Shown piece after piece: positions 27,219-37,560 of a stretch of 64,000 bases of DNA (position 1 is the first letter of the stretch; each line of letters opens with the position of its first letter). The translations under genes and the position numbers were made by a program. The notes under the pieces were generated by a model. It ran no database searches, had not been told where the DNA came from, and was given only the letters and a program-made list of their open reading frames with translations. The stretch comes from a virus. Lineage: Duplodnaviria; Caudoviricetes. Where the stretch lies: the IMG/VR virus record IMGVR_UViG_3300005673_000057, positions 1-64,000 of that record. The stretch is one strand, 5' to 3'.

Positions 27219-29273
27219 GTGCCGATGCAGAGCGTACAGCTTCGTCCCGGTGTGAACGTCGAAAGGACTCTTTCGGCGAACGAGGCTGGCGTCTCACAAT
27301 CTCAGCTTATTCGCTACAAGGATCAGATGATCCAGACGTATGGTGGATGGTCGCAGTATGTGCCATTCACCGTGCCGTCAACCGTGCGCGCCTTGCATGC
27401 ATGGCAAGATGCCGCAGGGGATACCCACTTGGGTGTTGGCGCTACTGCCAATCTGGCAGTCATCACCAATGGCTCCAATGCCGACATTACGCCGCAGACG
27501 GCAACTATCGACTCATCGGCAGACTTCAGCACTACAAACGGGTCTCAGACGGTCACTGTCTCGATCCCGAACAGTAGCGGCTATCCATCTGTTTACAGTA
27601 CCGTGTTTTTCAATACTCCGGTGAGCATTGCCGGGCAGATCATCAGTGGTGCTTATGACATTGTGAGCGTGCTTAGCACGATCTCGTTTACAATCAGCCT
27701 GACCGACGCCGCTACTGCGACTTCCACAACTCGCACATTGCCGACTTTCACTTCAACGGCAAATAGCGCCACTATCTTTGTGGACTTCACCGACAATAAC
27801 TATCAGTCAGTGACTGGTCTATTTTATCCATTCTATGCTGCAACGACACTGACTTCCAATCAGATTGTGGAGGGACCGTACCAAGTATCATCCATCATTG
27901 ATTCGACAAGGTTTACTATCAACGCGGTAGCTCAAACTACTGCGTCAGTGGGCCCCATTACCATGAATAGTTCATTGGTGCAGGCCAAGTTTTATGTGGC
28001 CATTGGCCCTGCCGCCAACAATGTCGGATATGGATCAGGTGGTTATGGATCAGGTGGTTATGGCGGCGTTGTTACTGGCGCTACTCCAGTAGCTGGGACG
28101 GCGATTACTGCTACTGATTGGACAATGGATAACTGGGGTCAGGTGTTGATGGCATGCCCAGAAGGCGGCCCGATCTACACATGGTCGCCAGACAGTGCAT
28201 TGCAGACGGCTCAAGTTATCAGTGAGGCCCCATTCTTCAATGGTGGAATCTTCATTTCCATGCCGCAGCAGATTCTGGTGGCGTGGCGCTCTTGCCAGCT
28301 AAATCCAGACAGGACTACAGGGGGCTGGTTGGCGCAGGATAATCTCTTGGTGGTGTGGTCAGATGCCGAAGACTATACCAATTGGGAGCCGACGAATGCT
28401 ACGGCTGCTGGCTCATTCCGCATTCCAACCGGCTCAATCATTATGGGTGGCTTGCAGGCCGCCACTCAGGGCATCATTTGGACTGACGTTGATGCATGGA
28501 ACATGCAGTATGTCGGTGGTGATGTTATCTTCAGTTTCAATCGTCTAGGCTCAGGCTGTGGTCTGATTGGGAAGCATGCCGCAGGCACGCTAAGCGGCAC
28601 TGTGTATTGGTGCGGCACAAGCAACTTCTTTACCTTGGGAAGCAGGGGTGTCGAGCCAATCAATTGCTCGGTCTGGGATTTCATTTTCCAGAATCTCAAC
28701 ACGACGTATCAATCCAAGATTGTTTGCGCCACGAATACGGCCTTCAACGAGGTCATGTGGCTCTTCCCATCGGCTACCAGCACTGGCGAGAATGACTCGT
28801 ATGTGAAGTTGAATGTGCTGGAGAATGCGTGGGATTATGGGGTTATGTCCCGCACGGCATGGTTTGACGTGAGCGTGCTTGGCAATCCTATCGGTGTGGA
28901 TACCAATGGTACGATCTACCAGCACGAGACAGGCACATCGCTAACCGGGGTTACTTCTCCGAACTTCAGGACCGGCTGGTGGTCCATTGCTGACGGCAAC
29001 GAGATATCCTTTGTGGATTGGGTGCTGCCGGACTTTATCTGGGGCACTTATTCTGGGACCAAGGATGCGTCACTGACAATGACTTTCTACACCGTGGATT
29101 ATCCGGGTGATACACCACGGACCTATGGCCCCTATACAGTTACGTCGGCAACGGAGTATATTAACCTCCGTGCTAGGGGCAGGCTAATGTCTGTACTGAT
29201 TACGTCAGGGAATCCGCAGTTTTTCCGGCTGGGCCGGGTGCGGTTTCGTTGGGCATCTTCGGGGCGAAGATAA
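27219..29273 (+). CDS. tail nozzle/DNA stabilization protein (P22 gp10/T7 gp12-like)
   Basis: large beta-rich protein upstream of ejection genes; WTMDNWGQ, WSDAED, GCGLIG, FNEVMWLFP. Confidence 0.65.
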   Translation: MPMQSVQLRPGVNVERTLSANEAGVSQSQLIRYKDQMIQTYGGWSQYVPFTVPSTVRALHAWQDAAGDTHLGVGATANLAVITNGSNADITPQTATIDSSADFSTTNGSQTVTVSIPNSSGYPSVYSTVFFNTPVSIAGQIISGAYDIVSVLSTISFTISLTDAATATSTTRTLPTFTSTANSATIFVDFTDNNYQSVTGLFYPFYAATTLTSNQIVEGPYQVSSIIDSTRFTINAVAQTTASVGPITMNSSLVQAKFYVAIGPAANNVGYGSGGYGSGGYGGVVTGATPVAGTAITATDWTMDNWGQVLMACPEGGPIYTWSPDSALQTAQVISEAPFFNGGIFISMPQQILVAWRSCQLNPDRTTGGWLAQDNLLVVWSDAEDYTNWEPTNATAAGSFRIPTGSIIMGGLQAATQGIIWTDVDAWNMQYVGGDVIFSFNRLGSGCGLIGKHAAGTLSGTVYWCGTSNFFTLGSRGVEPINCSVWDFIFQNLNTTYQSKIVCATNTAFNEVMWLFPSATSTGENDSYVKLNVLENAWDYGVMSRTAWFDVSVLGNPIGVDTNGTIYQHETGTSLTGVTSPNFRTGWWSIADGNEISFVDWVLPDFIWGTYSGTKDASLTMTFYTVDYPGDTPRTYGPYTVTSATEYINLRARGRLMSVLITSGNPQFFRLGRVRFRWASSGRR
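28029..28063 (+). repeat. 15-bp tandem repeat encoding YGSGG
   Basis: TATGGATCAGGTGGT x2 followed by TATGG. Confidence 0.8.
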
Positions 29274-29497
29274 TGGCAGCATCGTTATCCGATCTATACA
29301 CGGCGTTTCAGAATGGTGTGCAGGCGTTGCGTGCCATTAACACGACATTGGGCAACATATTCCCGGAGGTGACTGCCAACAGTACGGTAGCAGCTACGGC
29401 TGGCACCATTACTTTCACTTCGTCGCAGGCTCTTGGGTTTATGCTTGTCGAGTTGAGTTCTGGTACTACGGTCAAAGTCCCGTACTATTCGGAATGA
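29273..29497 (+). CDS. small virion protein (tail needle-like position)
   Basis: coupled to nozzle gene; ends KVPYYSE. Confidence 0.55.
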   Translation: MAASLSDLYTAFQNGVQALRAINTTLGNIFPEVTANSTVAATAGTITFTSSQALGFMLVELSSGTTVKVPYYSE

Positions 29498-29501
29498 TGC
29501 C

Positions 29502-31385
29502 ATGCCATTGATCAAGTCTGGATCGAAAAAGGCGGTATCGTCCAATATCCGGCAATTAAAAAGTGAAAAATATCCACAGAAGCAGGCGATAGCAATCGCG
29601 CTCGATGTAGCTCGGCGCGCTCGCCGCAAGGCAGGTGGCGGTGCGGTTGATGAACTTGTGCCGCCGCCACGCACGCCAACGCAGATGCCGGAGGAGTGGA
29701 ATGAGGCTGTGCGCAGTGCCGCTGGCCGCATCGCCAATACACTTGCAGCGCCGGGTCGCGCCATGCAGGGTGGCTATTCTGTCAAGCCAACTGTGCCTGG
29801 ATTATGGAGCGAGGAGGACGAATTTAGGCAGCAACATGCCCAACGTCAGCAAGCTGAGGATGCTGCCGCCCTTGCGCTGGATGTGGCGCAAGCCCGCTTC
29901 CCATTTGCCAAGTCTGGTGAGTCAGGTGTCTTTGGCGGGAAGCTGAAGCAGCCGGGTATTAAGGCTTACCACGGCAGCCCGCATGACTTCGACCGCTTCG
30001 ACATGAGCAAGATCGGCACGGGGGAGGGCGCGCAGGCATACGGACATGGGCTGTATTTTGCGGAGAATCCCAAGGTTGCCGGTGAATACCGCTCTAGGCT
30101 CGCTCCCGGTGTCGAGATGCAGGTCGGCGGCCAGCCGTTTAATGCTGATGATCCGGTCCATCTAGCGTCGTCATACCTGCATATGTTTGAGAGGCGAGGG
30201 AAATCGAGAGAGGATATTGCCCGCATTCTTCGAGAAGAAACGCCGTATAGCACAGGCGCGCACGAACAGGCGGCGCAGCTTATTCTCGGCGGCAAGGAAC
30301 TCCCGAAATACGGGCAGCGTGAAGCCGGCCGCATGTACGAGGTCAACATCAACGCCCATCCCGATCAGTTCATTGACTGGGATGCGCCGCTCTCAAAGCA
30401 ACCGAAGCTCGAACAGACCATGCGCCGCATTGGCGCTGATCCGACAGGCCCAGGCTTTGAAGGTCCACTAACCGGCGCGGAAGGCTATCGCGCACTGCAA
30501 AACAAATACTTCCTCGACCAGATCGCCGGGCGCGGAACCAACATCCACCCCGACGAGGTGAACGCTATCGGCACTCAGGCTGTCGGCAAGATGGCGCAAG
30601 AGGGCATCCCCGGCATCAAGTACCTAGACCAAGGCTCCCGCAATATCGGGGCAAATCCGGCCTATGCCGAACGGCTCCAATCCCAGTTGGATGAGGCGTT
30701 AAAAGCTGGGAACAGCAAAAAAGCCAGCTTGATTCAGGACGAACTAAATTCCTTGCGGACGAAGGAAACGCGCAACTACGTCGTGTTCGACGACAAGCTA
30801 ATTGATATACTGAGGAAATATGGGGTTGCATCAGTCGCTGCGCTCCCGCCTGCCGTACAGGCGTCTTTAGGGCTACTACAGGAGGGGGAAGTGAAAAAGG
30901 CAGATGGTGGCGCTGCGATGCGGCGCACAATGCAATATGCCAAGGGCGGCGCTCCACGGGTGCCCGGCCCTAGCTTCTTCCAGAGGGATGCCAATCGTGC
31001 TCTGTCGCGTCAAAGTGGCCTTATCAAGTCGGTGGTGCCGGGCAGGACTGACAAGCACCCCATGCGGGTGGCCAGTGGCAGTTACGTGATTCCGGCCGAT
31101 GTGGTTAGCCATCTGGGGCAGAATAACACGCTTGCGGGTGCGAAGTTCCTGAAGCGCAAGTTTGGTGGCGGTGGCGCTATCCAGTTTGCCAATGGCGGCG
31201 AGGTGCCGGTTCCGGTGGATATCATAGCCGCAGGTGGTGAATTCGTGCTCAGTCCTGAGCAGGTAGCTGCGGTCGGTAAGGGGGACTTAAAGAAGGGGCA
31301 TAACGCACTGGATAAGATGGTTCTGGATACCAGAAAGCATCATATCAAGACGTTGCGTAAATTGGCTCCTCCCAAGAGGTCTTAA
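29502..31385 (+). CDS. ejection/internal virion protein with ART-PolyVal-like ADP-ribosyltransferase domain
   Basis: AYHGSPHDFDRFDMSKIGTGEGAQAYGHGLYFAEN...NYVVFDD; C-terminal GRTD...GSYVIPADVV...GGEFV segment. Confidence 0.7.
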   Translation: MPLIKSGSKKAVSSNIRQLKSEKYPQKQAIAIALDVARRARRKAGGGAVDELVPPPRTPTQMPEEWNEAVRSAAGRIANTLAAPGRAMQGGYSVKPTVPGLWSEEDEFRQQHAQRQQAEDAAALALDVAQARFPFAKSGESGVFGGKLKQPGIKAYHGSPHDFDRFDMSKIGTGEGAQAYGHGLYFAENPKVAGEYRSRLAPGVEMQVGGQPFNADDPVHLASSYLHMFERRGKSREDIARILREETPYSTGAHEQAAQLILGGKELPKYGQREAGRMYEVNINAHPDQFIDWDAPLSKQPKLEQTMRRIGADPTGPGFEGPLTGAEGYRALQNKYFLDQIAGRGTNIHPDEVNAIGTQAVGKMAQEGIPGIKYLDQGSRNIGANPAYAERLQSQLDEALKAGNSKKASLIQDELNSLRTKETRNYVVFDDKLIDILRKYGVASVAALPPAVQASLGLLQEGEVKKADGGAAMRRTMQYAKGGAPRVPGPSFFQRDANRALSRQSGLIKSVVPGRTDKHPMRVASGSYVIPADVVSHLGQNNTLAGAKFLKRKFGGGGAIQFANGGEVPVPVDIIAAGGEFVLSPEQVAAVGKGDLKKGHNALDKMVLDTRKHHIKTLRKLAPPKRS

Positions 31386-31903
31386 TGACAACTACACCTT
31401 CGATTGTACGCATAGCTGGGCCCTCTGACCGCCGAGAGATTTGGCGTCTGTTTTTACAGGGCCATAAAGAGAATGGATTATTTGAACTGGACCCGCATCG
31501 CGTTGACTGGTGGATTACCAGAATGGTGCAGCCAGAAACCATTCCGCCATGGGACACGGGGCCACGCGGCACGATAGGGGTTATTGGGCAGGTGGGGAAC
31601 CTGGAGGCTCTGGCATTTCTGACCATTGGGGGCTTCTGGTACTCCAGCACGAGGCATTTGGAGGAAATGATCGTGTACGTGGACCCAGAATGCCGAAAGT
31701 CTGGTCATTCAAAGGCTCTTATTGAGTGGATGAAGCAACAGAGCGTAGAAACAGGATTGCCACTATTAACTGGCATCATTTCTACTACTAGAACAGAGGC
31801 TAAATGTAGGCTATACGGAAGGCTGTTACCGAAGGTGGGCGAGTTCTTTTTCTTTAATGGCAAGGGCAGCGTACTGGGGTCTAGTGTAGCTATTACAGCC
31901 TAG
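31385..31903 (+). CDS. GNAT-fold acetyltransferase (ejection module)
   Basis: IVYVDPECRKSGHSKALIEW acetyl-CoA motif. Confidence 0.7.
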   Translation: MTTTPSIVRIAGPSDRREIWRLFLQGHKENGLFELDPHRVDWWITRMVQPETIPPWDTGPRGTIGVIGQVGNLEALAFLTIGGFWYSSTRHLEEMIVYVDPECRKSGHSKALIEWMKQQSVETGLPLLTGIISTTRTEAKCRLYGRLLPKVGEFFFFNGKGSVLGSSVAITA

Positions 31904-31922
31904 AGGGGGCGAGCGGGGTCAG

Positions 31923-34565
31923 TTGGGGTCAAAAGGCAGCAATACCACAAAGGAGACGCAGAGCTATCAGGCTGATCCGCGTGCAGCAGCCTATGCTCAG
32001 TGGTTGTCTGGTCAGGCTCAGACCCTCCCCGGCCAAGGGGCTGTTCCACTTCAGGGGGTAGAGGGATTTTCTCCTGACCAGTTGGCAGCCTTTCAGGGTG
32101 TCCGTAATGTGCAGGGCACCTATAATCCATATGCCCAAAGGGCCGAGGCCCTGAATGCGGAATATGGGCGTGGCCTCGATTTTGATCGGGTGCAAGATTA
32201 TTACAATCAGCTTTCGGCTGGTCCGCTTGCTCAACTTCAAAACCAGCAACGCGCCCAGATGGCGCAGACTACGCGCAATGCTGTCCAGCAGGCCGGGGGC
32301 ACTGGGGCCAGCCGTATTGGTGTTACGCAGGCCAATCTAGCGAATCAGCAGAATCTTGCGACCGGAGCCCTGCAATCTGGGTTGCTTGGTCAGTCAGTAG
32401 GGGCCTTCCAGAACGATCTGGCTATGAAGGGCGCTGCGGCGGCTCAGGAAGCCAATCTTGGCATGGGGCATACCGCCCAGAATTATAATGACCTAGGCCA
32501 GCTTTATGGCATCGGCTCTGCTCAGCAAGGGCTTGGTCAGTCCAGACTCAATGCGCTGTATCAGCAGGGCATGGGTCAGTACCAAAATCCCTATCAGAAT
32601 CTTCAGTATCAGGGCGGCATCCTTTCTGGTCTTGGCAACATATTCAAGGGTACCGAGACCACGACCAAGGAGGTGCCAGAGGCAAGTCCTTGGGGCACGT
32701 TATTGGGTGCGGCTGGTGCTGGTCTAGGGGCCTACTTTGGTGGGCCAGCCGGTAGTGCCGCGCTCGGCAGCTTATTCGGTGGTGGCAGCAAGGGGAGTGG
32801 CGGGGGCTACGGCAATTCTCGTGGTGACTGGAACCCGAATGTGCCGGGTGGTCGCTATGCTGTTGGCGGCGCTGTGAATCCATTTGGCGGCGGTCCACGT
32901 AGCGATCTCTTTAACCAGATGGTCAAGGAGTATTTCCCGAAGAACAACTCGATGGTCAATCCCTCTGGCATTGGGGCTGGCAATCCATTCGGGCAGATGG
33001 TGCCGGGGCAGCCTGCCTTTGCGAATGGGGGTAAGGTCCCTCATGGCTATGCTACTGATGGTGCAGTAGTAGACGACTTCGACACTCGCTTTGGCGATAT
33101 TCCAGCACCAGACTTGTATGATCCTGGCGTAGCGGCAAATCGCAATGCTTTGCGAGACGCTGGCTATAACAGCCCATATCGCATGGAGCCGATGTCAGAG
33201 GGTGACGACGCCGCGCCGCCACTTCCGCAGGCTCGGCCACCCTTTGAGATGTTTCCAAATCGGAATCCATTACGGAGAGAAGCACCGGCTGGTGAGGAGC
33301 AGTATGCGGAAGGAAGCGGAGATGCAACACCTGCTGGTGGTAGCCAGCTTCCGCCCATGCCAGATACTGGATTCCAGGCACCAGAGCGCAATCCATGGGG
33401 CGCTGTCATTAATGCGGTTGGTGCGGCCCTTGGTCAGCATGGTAAGCGTGGTCCAACTGGACATCTAGATTCTGGCACCGTCTTTGGGCAGGCGGCCCGT
33501 GCGGCTGGTGCCGGTCTTGATGCTGGCATGAAGACCCATGCGGCCGGACGTGAGGAAGACCGCAAAAATTACGAGATGAAGCTTGCTGGCGAGCGTCTTG
33601 CAGAGCAGGCCGCAATGGCGCGTCTGCCTTATGTGGAAATGACTGAGGCTCAGAGACAGGAGCGTGGCTTTAAGGAGCGTGAGCTTGCGTTAAAGGAGGC
33701 AACCCCAGTACCATTTGGTAGGAATATCTGGGGTCAGCCGATTTACGCTATTCGCGATCCCAAGACCAAGCAGATGCTGGATACTACGACCGGAAAGCCG
33801 GTCGATATGTCTCAGTTGGATGATAGTGAAGAGGCTCTTCGGCCAATGGCGACCGCTATCGCCAATTATGAAATGGCTCCACTCTCCCCGTACAAGGCGG
33901 CTACGCCTGTTGGTGCCAAGATTGCATCCATGATCAAGGGTATCAATCCAACTTGGGACTCCAAGCACTACTCGGAGGCGCAGAAGACTATTAACTCATT
34001 TGCCACTGGCGTTGAGGGTCGCACTGCCCGTTCGATGAACGTCGCTATCGACCACTTGACCTTGGCGGATGAACTCGGAAAAGCGCTGCAAAATGGCGAC
34101 ATTCAAGCCATTAACGCTGTGCGTAATGCGTGGCGTACTCAGACTGGCCAAGAGGCCCCCACTAACTTTGAGGCCGTGAAGTCGATTGTGGGCGGCGAAG
34201 TGGCCAAGGCTGTTATTGGTTCGCAATATGCCCTGCAAGATCGCGAAGAGCTTCGTGCTCAATTGAAGGCGGCCAGCAGCCCGGCTCAGTTGGCTGGCGT
34301 TATTGCCAACTACAAGCGACTGATGGCTGGTCAGCTAATTGGTTTGGAAAAGCAGTATCAAGCCGGAACGCGGATGAATAACTTCCGCGACAAATATCTG
34401 ACTCCAGAAGCTCGCAAAGAATTGGATGGAATGAGCACGGCAGAGCGTTCTCATGTCACTCTGCCGCCAGAAGCTCAAAAGATGCTCAAGGAGGGGCAGG
34501 TAACTACATTCGGTAATGGCCAGAAATGGACTCTCAAGAACGGTAAGCCTGAGAGGGTGCAATAA
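31923..34565 (+). CDS. DNA ejection (pilot/internal core) protein
   Basis: MGSKGSNTTKETQ start (TTG), Q/G/A-rich N-terminal region, GAAGAGLGAYFGG hydrophobic glycine segment. Confidence 0.7.
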   Translation: MGSKGSNTTKETQSYQADPRAAAYAQWLSGQAQTLPGQGAVPLQGVEGFSPDQLAAFQGVRNVQGTYNPYAQRAEALNAEYGRGLDFDRVQDYYNQLSAGPLAQLQNQQRAQMAQTTRNAVQQAGGTGASRIGVTQANLANQQNLATGALQSGLLGQSVGAFQNDLAMKGAAAAQEANLGMGHTAQNYNDLGQLYGIGSAQQGLGQSRLNALYQQGMGQYQNPYQNLQYQGGILSGLGNIFKGTETTTKEVPEASPWGTLLGAAGAGLGAYFGGPAGSAALGSLFGGGSKGSGGGYGNSRGDWNPNVPGGRYAVGGAVNPFGGGPRSDLFNQMVKEYFPKNNSMVNPSGIGAGNPFGQMVPGQPAFANGGKVPHGYATDGAVVDDFDTRFGDIPAPDLYDPGVAANRNALRDAGYNSPYRMEPMSEGDDAAPPLPQARPPFEMFPNRNPLRREAPAGEEQYAEGSGDATPAGGSQLPPMPDTGFQAPERNPWGAVINAVGAALGQHGKRGPTGHLDSGTVFGQAARAAGAGLDAGMKTHAAGREEDRKNYEMKLAGERLAEQAAMARLPYVEMTEAQRQERGFKERELALKEATPVPFGRNIWGQPIYAIRDPKTKQMLDTTTGKPVDMSQLDDSEEALRPMATAIANYEMAPLSPYKAATPVGAKIASMIKGINPTWDSKHYSEAQKTINSFATGVEGRTARSMNVAIDHLTLADELGKALQNGDIQAINAVRNAWRTQTGQEAPTNFEAVKSIVGGEVAKAVIGSQYALQDREELRAQLKAASSPAQLAGVIANYKRLMAGQLIGLEKQYQAGTRMNNFRDKYLTPEARKELDGMSTAERSHVTLPPEAQKMLKEGQVTTFGNGQKWTLKNGKPERVQ

Positions 34566-36571
34566 TGGCCGACTGGGATGTCGTGAGCACAAAGCCGATT
34601 GGCGAATGGGATGTTGTAAGTGATGCGCCAGAGACTAAGGCGGATGCTCCCGCTGTAGGGCTTACTGACCGGCTCAAGTCATTTGGATCACACATGCTCA
34701 ATAAGGCCCCCATGGGTGGCTATGGGGCGCGGGTGCTTGCTCAAGTGCCACTTGGCGTAGCTCGTGAAGCCATTGATATGGTGAAGGGCGCTGCCCCGGC
34801 CATGCTCGCTGAAGCGCAGGCCATGAACCCAAATATGAAGTTGTCCCAGCAGGACAACTCACTGTTTGGGGAAGATGCCGGGACTGAGGCGCTACGCCCT
34901 GAAGTCTATGAAAAGCAGGGAGAACAATTCAAAAAGGATGTTGGCATAGAAGGCGCGATGACGCCGCGAAATTTGCCAGAAAAGATGGCATCTGCGGCTG
35001 GTAAGGCATTGCCATGGGCCCCTCTTGGGGCTGGCCCAGAGGGTGTGTTGCCGATGGCGGCCATTCAGATGGCCAGCGGCGCATCTGGTGAGGCAGTGCA
35101 TGAAACATTTCCTGAGCTTGGCCCATGGGGTCGAGTTCTAGGCTCAGTTGTCGGGGCCTTGGGTGCAGATAAAGTAGCCAATGTGCTGATGCGCGGAACG
35201 AGGCCACAGGAATTTGGTATCCCGCTGACCAAGGGTCAAAGGATGCTATCTGAGGAGCATCCTAGAGCGCCGTCACAAGTTGCACTGGAGGAGGATATTC
35301 GAAAGGGCGGTAAGGGCTACCCTGCTCAAGTGTTAATGAATCGTTTCGACCAGCAACAGCGTCGTGCTGCACAGGATGCCGTGGAAGAGGTCGGAGAAGG
35401 TTTGGGTGGTCTTCCGCAGACTGCTGGAGAGGCTGGTCATACCGTTGACGAGGCTCTCAAGGTAGAGGCTCAGCGCCGTCAGGCCATGGGCTCAAAGCAT
35501 TATGAGAGCGCTGCCGCTAGAGAAGCCACAGTCCATCCAGAAGCTGTAGAGGCTCTGCCACTTAGGACGCAGTTGGCACTAGAGAGTGATGGTTTTAGGC
35601 TTTCTGATATGAACAATATATCGCATCCGCAGTCCTTGCGGATGCTTGGCATTATCGAAAGATACAGCAATAGTGGCAAGGATATTTCTACTCGGTCTAT
35701 GGAGGCAATACGCAAGCAATTCGTGAAGATTTTTCCAAACACGCGAACGGAAGATGGTCTCGCGGCCAAGATCATCAAGGACTCGTATGATGAATGGGAG
35801 CATGGCGTTGTCGTCAATAAGTTGATAGCTGGCGATCCCAAAGCACTGGATGATCTTGTGCAGGCTCGTGGCTATTGGAGACAATATAAGGACATGACCG
35901 GGCGCACCAAGGGTGCGGATGCAGTCATTGCTAAAATAGTAAATGGTGAAAAGACTCCTGAGGAAGTAGCCAATCTTGTTATTGGGGCATCTTCTGCTGG
36001 CGGTGGTAGCATGGCTTCGGCTGTAATCCAGCGCATTAAGAGCATTCTGGGTCCTGATAGCGATGCTATCAAGTCTTTACGTCAGGCAGTTTTCGACAAG
36101 TTAGTGCATGATAGAGCCAGTGTTCATGAGGTTGCCGAAGAAACCGCGCGCACTCCTATCCAGATAGCGCGACAGATAAAGAAGTTCCTACATTCTGATA
36201 GTAGCGCTCCAGTGGCTCGTGAGCTTTTCTCTGCGGAAGAGCGTCGGCATCTTAATGATCTGGCAAACGCTCTTGGCCGCACCACGCCTAAACCAGTTAA
36301 TCCATCAGGTAGTGGTTCTACTGCTGCAAGATTGGCTCTGCCACTAGCACAGGTATTTGGCGGTCTTGGTATCGGGGCAGCAGGGCACTACTACACAGGT
36401 AGCCCATATGCCTATGCGATGGCGGCGGCACCATGGATTCGCGATGCAAATGCTGTCAGGCAGGTATTAAATGCGACTAGGGATGTTCCAAAGAATGTCA
36501 TCCCATACCGTCGCGCTGTTGCGCCCGCATTGGCCCGTGAGGGTTATGAAATGGCTACGGGGGAGGAATAA
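34565..36571 (+). CDS. DNA ejection/internal virion protein
   Basis: large alpha-helical protein with glycine-rich hydrophobic segments; follows pilot gene. Confidence 0.6.
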   Translation: MADWDVVSTKPIGEWDVVSDAPETKADAPAVGLTDRLKSFGSHMLNKAPMGGYGARVLAQVPLGVAREAIDMVKGAAPAMLAEAQAMNPNMKLSQQDNSLFGEDAGTEALRPEVYEKQGEQFKKDVGIEGAMTPRNLPEKMASAAGKALPWAPLGAGPEGVLPMAAIQMASGASGEAVHETFPELGPWGRVLGSVVGALGADKVANVLMRGTRPQEFGIPLTKGQRMLSEEHPRAPSQVALEEDIRKGGKGYPAQVLMNRFDQQQRRAAQDAVEEVGEGLGGLPQTAGEAGHTVDEALKVEAQRRQAMGSKHYESAAAREATVHPEAVEALPLRTQLALESDGFRLSDMNNISHPQSLRMLGIIERYSNSGKDISTRSMEAIRKQFVKIFPNTRTEDGLAAKIIKDSYDEWEHGVVVNKLIAGDPKALDDLVQARGYWRQYKDMTGRTKGADAVIAKIVNGEKTPEEVANLVIGASSAGGGSMASAVIQRIKSILGPDSDAIKSLRQAVFDKLVHDRASVHEVAEETARTPIQIARQIKKFLHSDSSAPVARELFSAEERRHLNDLANALGRTTPKPVNPSGSGSTAARLALPLAQVFGGLGIGAAGHYYTGSPYAYAMAAAPWIRDANAVRQVLNATRDVPKNVIPYRRAVAPALAREGYEMATGEE

Positions 36572-36573
36572 CG

Positions 36574-37560
36574 GTGGCCTCAACATATACCAGCAACTTA
36601 GCTGTCGAGAAGCCGGGCTCTGGCGATTATTCCGGTACGTGGGATACGCCGGTCAATGCCGACTTTGATGTGTTCGACCGCGCATTTGGCACCATTCAGT
36701 CGATTGACTTGTCGGGTGGCTCGTTGACGCTTTCGACGGCTCAGACGCGCTCTGCCATTTTGATGTTCACGGGTGCGTTGCCGTCCAACGTGACGGTCAC
36801 TGTTCCGGGTCTTAGCTCTGCGCCCGGCACCACGATCAGCGGCAAGACGTATGTGGTGGAAAATCTCTGCACCAATACGTCGGCGTACACGGTAACCATC
36901 CAGACGACGTGCGCCAGCACTGGATCGCGCTGGGTGGTATGTGCGCCGCCATACGATCCTACGCAGATCATGATCGAGGGTACTAACTCGTCCAATAATG
37001 GGTCCATTCGCTATATTGGACTCGATAGGGTCGGCACCCTCTGGGATTATGCGGGCTCCAGTGTGCCAAACTGGGTGAGTGGCTGCACGATCCCGCCGTA
37101 TCTGAATTGCGACGGCACTACGTTTTCGTCAGCAACGTATCCGGCGCTGGCGACAATTCTGGGAAGCACTACGCTGCCGGATACGCGGGGCCGCTTCCGT
37201 GCCACTCTCAATCAGAGTCAGTCACGCATCACGTCTGGTTCTTCTACGGGTGGTGTAGACGGTGATACCAACTTTGCTTCTGGTGGGTCACAGACTACAA
37301 CGCTATCCAGCCAGAACGTGCCTTCTGTGCCGATTACAGACCCTGGGCACACGCACGAAACTTCTTCTGGCGCTCGCTTCCTTACCAATGCGTCAACAAC
37401 TGGGACAGTTGTTTATGATGGCGGCGTAAACGCATTGACGGGAAGTACCATTACGGGGTCTCGTGTGACGGGTATCACGGCCGGTAGCACGTCGCCGACC
37501 AACTTCAGCAACATCCCTCCGGCAGTCATCATAGGTCTTACCCTTATCAGGTCAGCATAA
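36574..37560 (+). CDS. tail collar-domain fibre protein
   Basis: YAGSSVP..W..CDGTTFSSATYPALATILG...LPDTRGRF; C-terminal NIPPAVIIGLTLIR. Confidence 0.8.
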   Translation: MASTYTSNLAVEKPGSGDYSGTWDTPVNADFDVFDRAFGTIQSIDLSGGSLTLSTAQTRSAILMFTGALPSNVTVTVPGLSSAPGTTISGKTYVVENLCTNTSAYTVTIQTTCASTGSRWVVCAPPYDPTQIMIEGTNSSNNGSIRYIGLDRVGTLWDYAGSSVPNWVSGCTIPPYLNCDGTTFSSATYPALATILGSTTLPDTRGRFRATLNQSQSRITSGSSTGGVDGDTNFASGGSQTTTLSSQNVPSVPITDPGHTHETSSGARFLTNASTTGTVVYDGGVNALTGSTITGSRVTGITAGSTSPTNFSNIPPAVIIGLTLIRSA

